NCBI RefSeq assembly: GCF_006345805.1
Contig: NC_042997.1
Span: 209,126,001-209,190,000 of the forward strand
DNA: 64,000 nucleotides
Direction: 5' to 3'
DNA from: Octopus sinensis
Lineage: Eukaryota
Both the position numbers and the translations under genes were made by a program. Numbering within the stretch: position 1 is the stretch's first letter; each line of letters starts with the position of its first letter. This document shows positions 38,766 through 52,658 of the stretch, one piece after another. The notes beneath the pieces are model-generated. The model saw only the letters and a list, made by a program, of their open reading frames with translations. It did no database searches and was not told the DNA's origin.

Positions 38766-41700
38766 TAGGTGGGTAAGATAGAGGTAGGAAGGCACAGGAA
38801 GACAGACAGACAGTTTTCAACTAACAGTAACCATGCCTCGGATGAGCTTCATTGGTGATGGCCAGTTTATTAGTCAGGGTTAACTGTTGACCCTTTTTAT
38901 ATCAACCCATCTGAAACTGCCCCTTTTTCAAAGGTATAAACTTCTTGTTTAAAAGTGATCTTAATTAAAATTTGTCATCAAAATTTCATCTTAACAATGG
39001 TTGTTATTTAATTAAATTCTTCATTCAGATCTATATTTGAGAGATGAGGAATTATGTACATTATTTACATTTGATGGATATTTGTCCTCCTCTTGTTTGT
39101 TGTAAACATACTTTGAAATGACTAAACATGAACTTCTATTGGGACTTACATACCATGTACAGAAAACTTTTTCCCCACTTCTATACACCATTTTCCTCGA
39201 ACAATGGAACTGCAACTGCAATATCTTTATATATCTTATTTCTCCTTTCATTCTCTTATTTCCCTCTATATTCCTATCTCCTCCTTTTCCTCAATAATTC
39301 GAACTCAAATATTTTCTCACACCGTCTCTGATGAAAGGAGATCGATAATATCCCAGAAACATCTGTGAGACTATTTCCTTATAAATGTCTTCAAAACTCC
39401 TCATGCTGTAGCATCGAAAAATACCTTAGGAACGAGAACCCACGTTCGAAATTTCCACAAGACACCTAATGAAGGCTGGAGGGTATATATTTCTTTATTG
39501 CCCACAAGGGGCTAAACATAGAGGGGACAAACAAGGACAGACAAACGGATTAAGTCGATTACATTGACCCCAGTGCGAAACTGGTACTTTATTTATCGAC
39601 CCCAAAAGGATGAAAGGCAAAGTCAACCTCAGCGGAATTTGAACTCAGAACGTAGCGACAGTCGAAATACCGCTAAGCGTTTCGCCCGGCGTGCTAACAT
39701 TTCTGCCAGCTCGCTGCCTTTGAAGGCTGGAGGGTATATCAGCCAAAACATTGTGTTAACAACAACAAGATGAGGACATTTCCAATATTCAGCAAAAAGC
39801 ATGTCTGTTCATGGGGAAATAAATATATGAAGGTTAGCAACAGGAAAGGCGTCCAGCCATAGAAAATCTACCTCGTTGAATTCCACCTGACCCATGCAAG
39901 CATAGAAAGGTGGACATTAAAACAATAACAATGATGATGCAAATATATAACAGGAAATTATTTTATCTCGCCTCCACCCCTATCATGACCACCCCTACTT
40001 CCCTGCAGGATTTAAACTCGTGAATGTGGAATAGATGAAAGGAAATACTGTTTACTGCGTTTGGTGTTTTAAAATTCTTGCTAAGTCATCGGTCTTCAAC
40101 AACAATTATTTATTCCCTTATTCTTTTACTTGTTTCAGTCATTTGACTGCAGCCATGCTGGAGCACTGCCTTTAGTCAAACAAATCAACCCAGTAATGTA
40201 CGTAATTCCATTGATGGCCCAGAGCTAAACAACAACAACAATGTTTACAATATAAAAAGAGAAAAGTGTGATGAGGATAGTCTTGTGATCCACCAGCTGC
40301 CAATCCTAACAATCTTTTACAATGAAATTGTTCGCATCCAGGAAACAACATAAAACACTTCCTTCCAAATTGTAAACTAATCAACACAACTTCTGAGAGC
40401 CTCTACAAGGTCATATAACTCGCTAGAAACAGCAGTTACATCTCCTTTAACTCTTTTTGTTACCATATTTCTATTAAAATATTTTGTGTTTCTTTCAATT
40501 AATTTTAAATATAACAAAGAATTTAGTAAAATAACTTTGTTATCATTAAGCTAGTGTTAGGAACATAAATTGTGACTAAGGTTTGGTGGAAGATTTTTTT
40601 TTAAAACAAGACATTTGTACTCAGTGCCAGAGGTGGATTTAGTCAGGTCAGTATGAAAAGGGTTTAATTAATAATTTATTAACCCTTTCATTACCAATAT
40701 TTCTGTTGAAATGTTCTGTGTTTCGTTCGATTAATTTTATATATAACAAAGAATTTAGTAACATAACTTGGTTATCATTAAGTTAGTGTTAGGAACATAA
40801 ATTGTGACTAAAGTTTGGTGGAAGATTTTAATTCAAAACTTATGAAAACAAGACATTTGTACTCAGAGCCACAGCTGGTTTCAGCTAGGTTGCTATGAAA
40901 AGGGTTAAATTATTTGTTACCCCTTTTGTCACCATATTTCTGTTGAGATGTTGTGTGTTTCTTTCAATTAATTTTAAATATAACAAAGAATTTAGTAAAA
41001 TAACTACATTAAGGGTATGCATGTCTGTGATGTACTCAGCCACTTATACGTTAATTTAATAATCAAGCTGTTCTGTTGGTCAGATCAGCAGGAACCCTTG
41101 TCTTCATAACTGACGGACCGCCCGTTTATCCATGTGTACGAAGGTGTAATGGTTGTGTTCAAAACGTACAAGATATAAATAAAAACAGGAAAAACAAACA
41201 ACAAAACACATAAACAATAAACAATAATAGGCGCAGGAGTGGCTGTGTGGTAAGTAGCTTGCTTACCAACCACATGGTTCTGGGTTCAGTCCCACTGCGT
41301 GGCACCTTGGACAAGTGTCTTCTGCTATAGCCCCGGGCCGACCAAAGCCTTGTGAGTGGATTTGGTAGATGGAAACTGAAAGAAGCCCGTCGTATATATG
41401 TACATGGCGTTAGGAAGGGCATCCAGCTGTAGAAACATTGCCAGATAAGACTGGAGCCTGGTGCAGCCTGCTGGCTTCCCAGATCCCCGGTCGAACCGTC
41501 CAACCCATGCTAGCATGGAGAACGGACGTTAAACGATGATGATGATGATGATGATGATGATGGTGATATGCGTGTGTGTGTTTGTATGTCTGTGGTTGTC
41601 CCCCTAGCACTGCTTGACAACCGATGCTGGTGTGTTTACGTCCCCGTCACTTAGCGGTTCGGCAAAAGAGACCGATAGAATAAGTACTGGGCTTACAAAA

Positions 41701-43166
41701 AGAATAAGTCCCGGGGTCGATTTACTCAACTAAAGGCAGTGCTCCAGCATGGCCGCAGTCAACTGACTGAAACAAGTAAAAGAATAAAAGAATAAAAGAA
41801 AACAAATGCGGTGATAAAGCGAGGGGTGGAAAAGGAAAGAAGATGAGGGGTCGATGTCTGGGGTTGAATTTTGAAGTAAAGATCAGATGTGGAAAAGCTG
41901 TTTGTTTGTTTGAAAATATTGAAGAAGACGTTCACTACATACCCTGAAATATTCATAGAATATTTTGATGTTGTCTTTATCCGTTTGAAAAAACAGAGCC
42001 AAGTGAGACACACAGAGAAAGAGAGAGAGGGAGTGAGAGAGAGAGGGCAGTGGAGGTGTTTGAGGAGAGTGTGTTGGTTCAGTGATATGGTTGAAGGCAG
42101 CTGATAGAGGACGATGAGATGACGTTGCATTTGAGAATGTGCACTTTATATTGCTGACACATACTAGTTTTGGGTTGGTCTATAGATATGTGTCTATATG
42201 TGTGTATATGTATGTATGTATGTGTGTGTCTATGTATGTATATATGTATGTATGTTTGTGTGTCTATAGATATGTGTATATATGCGTGTATGTATGTGTG
42301 TGCGTATGTGTATGAAAAGTGATAGAGGAAGCAATGAGAAGGGAAGGGAGAGGGGGTTGGATGTCCCTAAGAGCACTTGTACTTCAACGTCCCAAAGTGG
42401 CTAAAAATGACCTTGTAAAAAAAACTTGGCGTCAAAGAGACTTCACTATGACAGATCAGACAGCATTAACGACCATAGCCACTCCTTTAATCCATTTGAT
42501 ACCAACCTGCCTGACACTTTCCTTCCTTTCTATGATACAAACTTCATATTCTAAATTGATCTTCATTCAAACCAGTGATTTTCAACCATTCTTTACCAGT
42601 TAACCCCTTCCAAGTCCTGTTTTTACTCTACTGGACCCCCACAGCCATTTAATGTGAAAAAAATTCCAATTACATACTTGGGATTAAATATGATTAAATA
42701 TGAGGATAAAAAAAAATTGTCAAAATATATTCCATATTGTGCAGGTGGCACGTAGAAAAACACCATTTTGAGCGTGGCCGTTGCCAGTACCGCCAGACTG
42801 GCACGTAAAAAGCACCCATTACACTCTCAGAGTGGTTGGTGTTAGGAAGGGCATCCAGCTATAGAAACTTTGTCAGATCAGATTGGAGACTGGTGCAACA
42901 TTCTGGTTCACCAGTCCTCGGTCGAACCGTCCAACCCATGCCAGCATGGAAAACGGACGTTAAAGGATGATGATGATGATGATGATTTCAAATAGCAGCC
43001 TAATGACAGTGTATTCTTAGGTAAATTTTTCCTTATTTTTCAAAATTAATCGAAATAAAAGCAAAATATTTCAGGAAATATGGAAACAAACAGGTTAACA
43101 ACTAGTCTGGTGCTGTTGGAAGCTGAAGATATTACACACACACACACACACACCAGCACACCCACT

Positions 43167-43206
<40 letters not shown>

Positions 43207-46200
43207 AGCACACCCACTCACACATATACACACACTCATTCATGCACACACACACACACACACACACATTCACTCACTTACATACACATAGGAGCAGGAA
43301 TGGCTGAGTGGTTAAGAAGCTTGCTTGCCATCCATGTGGCTCCAGGTTCAGTCCCACTGTGTGTCACCTTAGGCAAGTGTCTTCCACTGTAGCCTTGAGC
43401 TGACCAATGCCTTGTGAATGAGTTTGCGAAAGCCCATCATATTCATGTGTGCATCTTTGTATCCCCCACCAGTTGACAACTTGACAACTGACGTTGGTTT
43501 GTTTACATCCCTGTAACTCCAGAGTTCAGCAAAAGAGATTGGTTTACAGTGTAAGTAGGGTGAACTTCCCAACCACATGGTTCCAGGTTCAATCCTACTG
43601 CATGACACTTTGGGCAAGTGTCTTCTATTACAACCCCAGGTTGACTAAATGGAATATGTGTGTGTGTACAGCCTTGATTATACATCATGTTATGATTATA
43701 AATCTCATAATATCTCAACTGACATACAAGAGATGTTTATTTCCAGTCTTCCACAGAAAACGTGCCTGGCCTTGCTTGGAAACAGGAAGAGCATTTGGCC
43801 ATAAAAAAACCTGTCTCAATAAATTCCAGCTAATCAATACAAACATTGGAAAAATGGACATTAAAATGTTGTTGAGGATGATAATATATATATATATATC
43901 ATCATCATCATCATCGTTTAATGTCCGCTTTCCATGCTAGCATGGGTTGGACAGTTTGACTGAGGTCTGGCGAACCAGATGGCTGCACCAGGCTTCAATC
44001 TTGATCTGGCAGAGCTTCTACAGCTGGATGCCCTTCCTAGCACCAACCATTCTGAGAGTGTAGTGGGTGCTTTTACATGCCACCTGCACAGGAGCCAGTC
44101 CAGCGGCACTGGTAACAACCTCACTGGTAACGATCACACTCGAATGGTACTTTTTACGTGCCACCAGCACAGAGGCCAGTTAGCTGCACTGGCAACAATC
44201 ACGCTCGGATGGTGCTCTTAGTGTTCCACTAGCACGAATTTGATTTTGATTTCACTTGCCTCAACAGGTCTTTGCAAGCAGAGTATAGTGTCCAAAGAAG
44301 GTAAAGGTAAGCATAAGCAGGCTGGTTACGCCCCTGGCATGGGCCACAAGGTTATGGTCTCACTTGATATATTGATTTGACATATGACTTCTTGTCATCA
44401 CTATTATCTCTGAACCGTCATAATATCAACTGTCCCTGGTGTTCTCTTATTACTCTCCAACTGTGTCCCTTCAACAAACACTCCAGGATATCTCGATTCT
44501 ATAATTCCTACCACCTCTACACTATGACTGCACATATGACACTCTTCTCAGACTGTTCTGTGCATGCTCATTTATACTAACCAGTATAGTACCCTTAGCC
44601 AATTACAGGGGAGTACAGATTCCCTACACAACACCTCCCCCTTTTGAGATTGGCTTTCCCTTCATTTATTATTTTTTTTATTATTATCATTACTTTCTTG
44701 GGGAGAAATAGATAATAATTTTTTTTTGTTTAGAATCAATCTCTGTTGACATCTGTCAACTTTCTCTCCCTAGTTGCGCACTGGTTCAACCCTTTCCTGC
44801 GGCACCGGAATATCAAATATGTCATAAAGTATTTCCATAGGCTCTTCTTACCCTTTTCTATGCTTCTGTGTATCTCTTTTTGATTTGATTTACATGTCTC
44901 TTATGCTCACACGTCTGCCCTTTCACCATGTATATCACTCTACGAAGACGTATTTTGCTATCTGTCCTTGTTCTCAACTTTGTTTCCCATATTTGCACAT
45001 TTTACAAAATACTGCATCACCTATATTGAAACAGTTTGTATTATTAACAGTATTCTTATGTATTTGTTGTTTCCTTCCTGGTAACAATTTATCAAATACT
45101 GATCATACCTTTCTGGCAAGCATTAATTCAGCGGGTGACTCACCCGACTCTGTGTCGGGGTTTGGTGTTATTCTATAGACGCATAAAAATTTTGTCAGTG
45201 TATATTATCCACTAATGATTCATTCCTGGTTTTCCTCAATGCTCTTTTAAACATATCCACAAACCTCTCTGCAAGTCCATTTGACCTCGGATGATATGGT
45301 AGGGTGGTGATATGTTCCATTTGATGCATCTTACAAAAATCTTTGAACTCCTTTGCTGTAAATTACATGCCATTATCCAACACTACAGTGTCCACCACAC
45401 CAAAACATGCAAATATTTCAACAAAAAATTCAGTAGTCTTTTTCGTAGTTTGTTTTCTGCACTTGAAAATTTCAGGCCATTTTGTGTAGCTATCAACCAC
45501 TAACAGATAATATACATCGTTAAGGCCTCTTGCAAAATCTATGTGTAGAATCTTTACTGGAGGTGCCTTAGCTGCCAGGGTGCATCCCCTCCATGCTTTC
45601 ACCAGTTTCTCCAATATCTTCATCCAGTAAATATAACTCCTCATGAAGGCCTTCATCTTTGCAATTCCAGGATGTCTTACATGAAATTCTTTTAGCATTC
45701 AATTTTGTAGTACAACAGATATCACAACCCTCTGATCATACATCAACACATTGTCACACATTGAATAGTATTTCAAACCTGTGTTACACTCAGCAACAAA
45801 ATTTTTTGTATTTGTCTCATTCAATATTATTTTTTTCATTTTCTTAATAAATGCATCTTTTTCTGCTTTCCTTTTTATCCCTTCCAATATGACTGCTAGT
45901 TCCCGCACTACATTGCAGAGAATATTTTTTAATTCAATTTCTGATTTTAGTGCTGCTATTACTGTATCTTCTAGTGGTTCCTTATACTTTGGGATCAATC
46001 CCAGCATGTCCCAATTTTTTCAAAGGCAAAAGTTTCCATTTTGGAATCATAAGGTAGTCTCCCAGCACTGTAATCAATTGGCTGTATGTGTGGGGATACC
46101 TTTTTTTTTATTCCTATATTGTTAACAATAGATGGAGATTTGTCTGCAAGATAAACTTACTGCTGTGCAAGAATTTATGAAATTTTCTTCAATACAAAGA

Positions 46201-46872
46201 TAATGGCTAGTACCTCTTTGTTTATCTGGCTGTATTTTTTTTCCGCCAATCGTTACCAGCATTGCCTTACTGGCACCTGTGCCGTTGGCATGTGTAAAAA
46301 AAAAAGTCAGTACCGCCTGACTTGCCCCCGTGCTGGTGGCACGTAAAAGCACCCACTACACTCTCGGAGTGGTTGGCATTAGGAAGGGTATCCAGCTGTA
46401 GAAACTCTGCCAGATCAAGATTGGAGCCTAGTGCAGCCATCTGGTTCGCCAGACCTCAGTCAAACCGTCCAACCCATGCTAGCATGGAAAGCTGACGTTA
46501 AACAATGATGATGATGATGATGATGAATAGTAATGCACATGACGCATGTGTGATCGGTTTTACTTAACCCTTTTCTAACTTTTGCAAGATTACTGCTCCG
46601 ATCCCAGACTCGCTAGTATCTGATGCTACAATTATATTTGGTTTCAGCTCAAAATGTGCAAGAGATAGCTCTGACATGAACATCTTTTTAATCTCTTGGA
46701 ATGCTTTTTGGCATTCGTCAGTCCAACTCACCATTTCCCATCTTTTTCAGCAGTTTGTTTAAAGGTGCTCTTAGCTCATGCATTCTTGGAATATACATTT
46801 GATAATAATTCGCAAGACCTAAAAAAGCTTTTAAGGTTGTTATATTAGTCAGGGGAGGCATATCTTAAATTG

Positions 46873-47166
46873 GAGGCACATGGCCTAGTGGTTAGAGCAA
46901 TGGACTCGCAGTCGAGGGATCGCAGGTTCGAATCTCAGACCAGGCGATGTGTGTGTTTATGTGCGAAACACCTAAGTTCTACGCGGCTCCGGCAGAAGGT
47001 AGTGGCGAACTTCTGCTGACTCTTTTGCCACAACTTTCTCTCACTCTTTCCTCCTGCATCTTGCAGCTCACCTGTGACGGACCGGCATCCCGTCCCGGTG
47101 GGGAACCTATATGCCAAGGAAACCGGGAAACCGGCCCTCATGAACCAGGCATGGCTCAAGAAGGAA
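46873..47166 (+). mobile_element. tRNA-derived SINE (second family) inserted in the Gypsy pol
   Basis: A box TGGCCTAGTGG, B box GGTTCGAATC; 14-bp TSD CATATCTTAAATTG (46859-46872 / 47167-47180). Relatives at 11326-11627(-, 12-bp TSD ACACTTGTCAGT) and ~26070-26365(+). Confidence 0.85.
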
Positions 47167-47205
47167 CATATCTTAAATTGCGTTTGCCTTCGACAGGTCC
47201 AGTCG

Positions 47206-47712
47206 TCATCCGTTCCTGTCAATAATTTGTCCAAAATACTTAATTTCTGATAAGAAAAATTCACATTTTCTCTCACTTATTGTGAAGCCGTAATCTCTTA
47301 TTTTTGCAAAAACACACTTCATGTGCTCGATATACTGATCGTGGGATTCACTTTTAATTAATATATCATCCAGGTATGGAATTGCAAATTCACAGTCTGC
47401 TAACATTGTATCCATAGCTTGTTGAAAAATTGCGACTTTTATTCCAAAAGCAAGGCGGTTAAATTTGTACAACCCTTTGTGTGTGCTTATGATTAACAGC
47501 TTGGAACATTCTTCGTCTACCTGCAACTGTAAATACGCTTCCGATAAATCCAATTTAGAAAAGAGTTTGCCTCCATTAAGCTTTGCAAAAATCTCCTCTG
47601 GACTTGGTAATGGATAGTTATAAGTTTTCAGACGTTCATTAAATCCTGTCGGAAAATCAGCGCAGACCCTTACTTTATTTTTATTTTTTTGTACACAGTT
47701 GGTGCTGCCCAT
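47206..47712 (-). pseudogene. Gypsy reverse transcriptase fragment
   Basis: VRVCADF..YPLPSPEEIF..FSKLDLSEAYLQ..GLYKFNRLAFGI..IPYLDDILI; interrupted by a SINE and by frameshifts. Confidence 0.9.
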
Positions 47713-48058
47713 TCCAAATAGTCTAATTTTTGTATTACACCAATATTCTCAAGTTTTTTCAATTCCTTTTGTACTTGATTCAGTTCCACAAAAGGCACAG
47801 CTCTCTTTGGTTTAAAAACCAGAACAGAATTTTCTTTTAGTTGGAATTTCATTTTTATTTTCATACACGTATCAAATCATTCCAAAAATAACATCAGGAT
47901 ATATTTTTTTAAAATTTCATTTTAACTTCTCAGATTCCTTGTTCAAACTGACATGCGATGCATTCACATTATTACAGAAAATACTTACGGGCAAATTCCA
48001 CAAATTAAATATCTCCATCCAAACTGTACCAAACAGATTCATAGTATTTTCTCTTATG

Positions 48059-48293
48059 AAGACGGCAAGCTGGCAGAATCGTTAGCACGCCGGGCGAAAT
48101 ACGTAGCCGTATTTCGTCTGCTGTTATGTTCTGAGATCAAATTCCGCCGAGGTCGACTTTGCCTTTCATCCTTTCGGGGTCGATGAAATAAGTACCAGTA
48201 ACACACTGGGGTTCGATGTAATAGACTTAATACGTTTGTCTGTCCTTGTTTGTCCCCTCTGTGTTTAGCCCCTTGTGGGTAGTAAAGAAATAG
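48059..48293 (+). mobile_element. SINE (third family, GCCTTTCATCCTTTCGGGGTCG block) inserted in the Gypsy element
   Basis: 15-bp TSD GTATTTTCTCTTATG. Relatives at ~17075-17490 (tandem pair) and 39490-39720(-). Confidence 0.8.
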
Positions 48294-51091
48294 GTATTTT
48301 CTCTTATGTAGACCTTCACTTTGAACATCTTCCCATGAAATGTTACATCCGGCCTCAATTCGCCCAGGAATTGAACTTGCTGTCCAGAGACTCCACGAGC
48401 TTTGTTTTCTTGAATGTAGGTCTTTCAATTTTCTTCCAAGTTTCAGTATTTAATATTAAGATATCGCTCCCTGTGTCCATCTTGTGTGAACATTATTAAT
48501 TTTTGCGGATACAAATTTTCGTTTTTTGTCTCACTATCCGTTTTCATTGAAAACACTTCATTTATTTTCCATTTGACCTTTTCTTTTTCGCCCAACACTA
48601 CAACTGTTTATGCCCCATTTTGCCACAAGCAAAACATCCTTTATTCCCAAAGGGGCAGTCCCTTTCGAAGTGCAACCATAACATGGTTTGGGCCCTGTTT
48701 GTTTTAATTTTTTGTTTGTCATAGGTCGACACGCCTCTACATTTATTTTATTACTTTCAATTTTTTCAGTTTCCTGCCATAGGTTGATAATACGTGACAT
48801 TCTTCTGCCACTTTTTGCAAAGTTAACTCAGTGTCTTGTGTCGATTTTGATAATATTCTCGCTCATGTTTCTGCATCCTCACTTGCAATGAAGTCCTTTG
48901 ACAAATATCAAACATTTAAACTTATCTGGGGACAACTCTCCTAATTTGAATCGTTCACATGCTTTGTTTACAATTCCTGCATATGTAACAAAGTCACCAT
49001 TTACATAGTTTTAAAAATTTAGCCATTCCCAACATATGTTGAATAGTGAGCTCTTTTCACTGAATATATTGGTTAATGAACGTAAACAAACACATGAAGT
49101 TTGCTTTAGAAGCGTTGAGATGTCTTAGAAAGTTAAAGAAGTGATTTTAAATTCTCAAAAGCAGAATAATGCTAATAATATTGCCTGAAGAATATTTTAT
49201 TTGTTTCTTCAAAACAAATTTCTGATGGCTTTTTTGGTAGAATAAAATTGCAGCATTTCTCCTGCTCTGATGAAGTCAGTTTATGCAAAAGAAGTCTTAC
49301 CTTCTTTTCGTTTGTCCAGCCTTTGCACTCCTCTTTGAATATTTCTTTATACTTTCTATATAGTATGAAGAAAATGTGATCCCATCTTCAGGGTTATACA
49401 GGAATTCTTCAATGGATTCCGCTACTCCATTCACCGAATATAATGTCGCTGCATTCTTGGATTGAAGCAATAACTCCACCAACTACTGCTTTAGCTGTTG
49501 TTGTTGTTGTTGTTGCTGCTGTTGCTGTTGAGCGAACAGTCTTTGTCCCAGAGCTCGCAAGGTGGGAGAAGTCCGAAACGTGGTCCTTTGCGATTTGTAA
49601 GACCTGCAGAAGAGAAAGCAGGTCAACCCCCAACACCGAGAGCAACAGCGTATGGATGAATGCGCATCCAGGCTCAGCGGTTGCGTAGGAAGTCAGGGAC
49701 AAGAAACAGGAAGAAAGAGTGAGAGATAGTTGGGGCAAAAGAGTACAACAGGGGTCGCTAGCACCCGCTGCCGGAGCCTCATGGAGCTTTAGGTGTTTTC
49801 GCTCAATAAACACACTCAATGCCTGGTCTGGGAATCGAAACCGCGATCCTCCGACTGCGAGTCCGCTGCCCTAACCACTGGGCCATTGCGCCTTCACTGT
49901 TGTTGCTGTTCATGGTATTCTTGCTGCTGTTGCAACAGCTGCTGCCACTGCCACTGTTGTTGTTGCTTCACAATGGGAGCCAGTACTTCTTCCATTTTGA
50001 CACTCCTACAAGTGTTCGTAACCTCGTTACCACTGTTATAATGACACCATTATACAGTGGGAAGTATCCTCGTCGCTACTGATATAACATATGACTTCTC
50101 ATCGTCACTGTTATATCTGAACTATTATAATATCAAATGTCCCTGATGTCCTCTTATTACTCTCCAACTGCATATCTTCAACCAGCACTCCACACTATCT
50201 CTATTTAATAATTCCTATGACTGCATATATAACACTCTTCCAAGACTGTTCTGCACCTGCTCGTTTATACTAACTAGTATAGCTCACTTAGCCAATCATG
50301 GGGGTGTACAGATTCCCCATACAACATATATATATATATATATTTTGATTTCTCGTATTGTATTTTCTTTTTATTTCTCGTTTTGTATTTTCTTGTACAT
50401 GTATTTTTATCTTGTATTTTATTGTGCAGTTTTATTGTTACGTCCTGTTTGTGTTACATTTTTTTCGTGCTTGTTTTACCCCTCTGCGAGGTAATTTTAT
50501 TTTAATTCTCTCGCAGGAAGGCCTAGTTTTGACGAGTCATGTCCTGTCTTGCCTTCGAAACATGCTTGAGTCCACTAGCGACAGCTGATGATTGGGGATT
50601 TTTCCTTGTGTAGCATGTCCTGTACTCTGTTTTTCTGTTGTAAAAAATGGCTTTTCCGTTTTCGTTTCTCATTGAGTTCTATGTCTAGTTGTGGTGTCCT
50701 GTACTCACGTATATATATTTATATATGCATGTATATATACATGTAGATGTAGGTATGTACATATATGTTTGTATGTATGCATATATTTTATTTATTACAC
50801 TATATATATATATACATATACACATTGTTAAAAGCATGAAATTGTTATGACTTTTAGACAATAACTGACGAGGGGTGAGCACATCCACATCTTGTAAGTG
50901 GTTTTTCAATGTGTTCCTTTGTTGTCCTGTGCAATTATGTTACATATATATATTCCAACCCATGCTAGCATGGAAAACGGACGTTAAATGATGATGATGA
51001 TGATGATGATGATATATATATATATATATATGTCTGTAACAAAAAAGCAAAAGACGAAGACAGGTGGTGTAGAAAACAAACAGATGTATTA

Positions 51092-51122
<31 letters not shown>

Positions 51123-51125
<3 letters not shown>

Positions 51126-51980
51126 TCATCATCATCAGTGTCCGTTTTCCATGCTGGTAGGTTGGACAGTTTGATTGAGGTTTGGGGAGCCAGCAGCTGC
51201 ACCAGGCTCCAGTCTGATCTGGCAGTGTTTCTACAGCTGGATGCTCTTCCTAACGCCACCCACTTCAAGAGTGTAGTGGGTGCTCTTTACATGCCACCGG
51301 CACAGGAGCCAGTCACGTGGCCCTGGCATTGATCACATTTGGATAGTGCTTTTTACGTGCCACTGGCACAGGGGCCAGTCAGGCAGGCCTGGCATTGATC
51401 ACATTTGGATAGTGCTTTTTATATGCCACTGGCATAGGGGCCAGTCACGTGGCCCTGGCATTGATCACATTTGGATAGTGCTTTTTACGTGCCACTGGCA
51501 CAGGGGCCAGTCAGGCAGGCCTGGCATTGATCACATTTGGATAGTGCTTTTTACATGCCACTGGCACAGGGGCCAGTCAGGGGGTACTGACATCGGCCAC
51601 ATTCGGATGGTGCTTTTTACAGGCCACCAGCAAGGGGGCCAATCAAGGGGTACTGGTATCAGCCACAATCAGATGGTGCCTTTTATGTGCCATCGGCATG
51701 GGAGCTAGTCTGCGACTGGCTTCCGTGCCGGTGGCACATAAACTACACCAATCTGACCGTGGCCGTTGCCAGCCTCGCCTGGCACCTGTGCAGGTGGCAC
51801 GTAAAAAGCACCCACTACACTCACGGAGTGGTTGGCGTTAGGAAGGGCATTCAGCTGTAGAAACATTGCCAGATAAGACTGGAGCCTGGTGCAGCCTTCT
51901 GGCTTCCCAGATCCCCGGTCGAACTGTCCAACCCATGCTAGCATGGAGAACGGACGTTAAACGATGATGATGATGATGAT
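51123..51980. mobile_element. Two head-to-head RTE 3' fragments; the left one carries a 66-bp tandem array
   Basis: Minus copy 51123-51700 has units starting at 51293, 51359, 51425, 51491, 51557 and 51623; plus copy 51705-51980. Confidence 0.85.
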
Positions 51981-52609
51981 ATATATCATCATCATCATCC
52001 ATACACACACACACACTCACAAACACATATTACACAGACACATTCTGCACACACACACACACAGACAGACAGACACATACTTCAAACTACCAGTTAAACA
52101 CCTTTCTACTGACCATTCTCCTGCGCACATATGAAGGGAGACACACAACAGACAGCCACTCCTACCAAAATTCTTACTATAAATTCTTCCTACGACATTT
52201 AGCAACACTAAGTCCAATGACACACGTACATAAACAGCCACAAACACACACACACACGTGCTATCATTACATACACACACACATTCAAACCTGTGCGCAT
52301 GCACATACCCACACATAGACACACATACCTCCTTCTCTTGCACTCCACTGTCTTAGAAAGAACTTTTTCTTCAACCATTCCCTTCCGGTCATTTCAATAT
52401 GTGACTGTGTTTGTATCGTTGGCGATTTTCTTTCTCCGTCTTCCCTTCTTTGGACTTTTTCTATATCTCTGATAAAGAGCTCCGCTCGAAATGTGAAATC
52501 CTCTTTCTGTTCTTTCCTTTCCTAAGCGCCAAATAACACAGGACTTGTACCACATTTTCATGTTGCTGTTTTTCTTGCTTGATCATGTTTGGATTGATTA
52601 TATATATAT

Positions 52610-52658
<49 letters not shown>

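Larger units (their letters stand above)
44373..50326 (-). mobile_element. Decayed full-structure Ty3/Gypsy LTR retrotransposon with nested insertions
   Basis: LTRs at 50080-50326 and 44373-44633 (TG...CA on minus), PBS 50066-50078, PPT AAAAGGGGGAGG 44634-44645, TATAT TSD. Gag (49297-49995), CCHC-like knuckle (~48640-48700), RT with YLDD (47206-47712) and integrase HPG/..IDF..VVD (45363-45698) lie in Gypsy order. Confidence 0.9.

Noticed and set aside
51293-51690. CRISPR-like regular array
   Set aside because: Units are contiguous 66-bp repeats without unique spacers, inside a eukaryotic LINE UTR.
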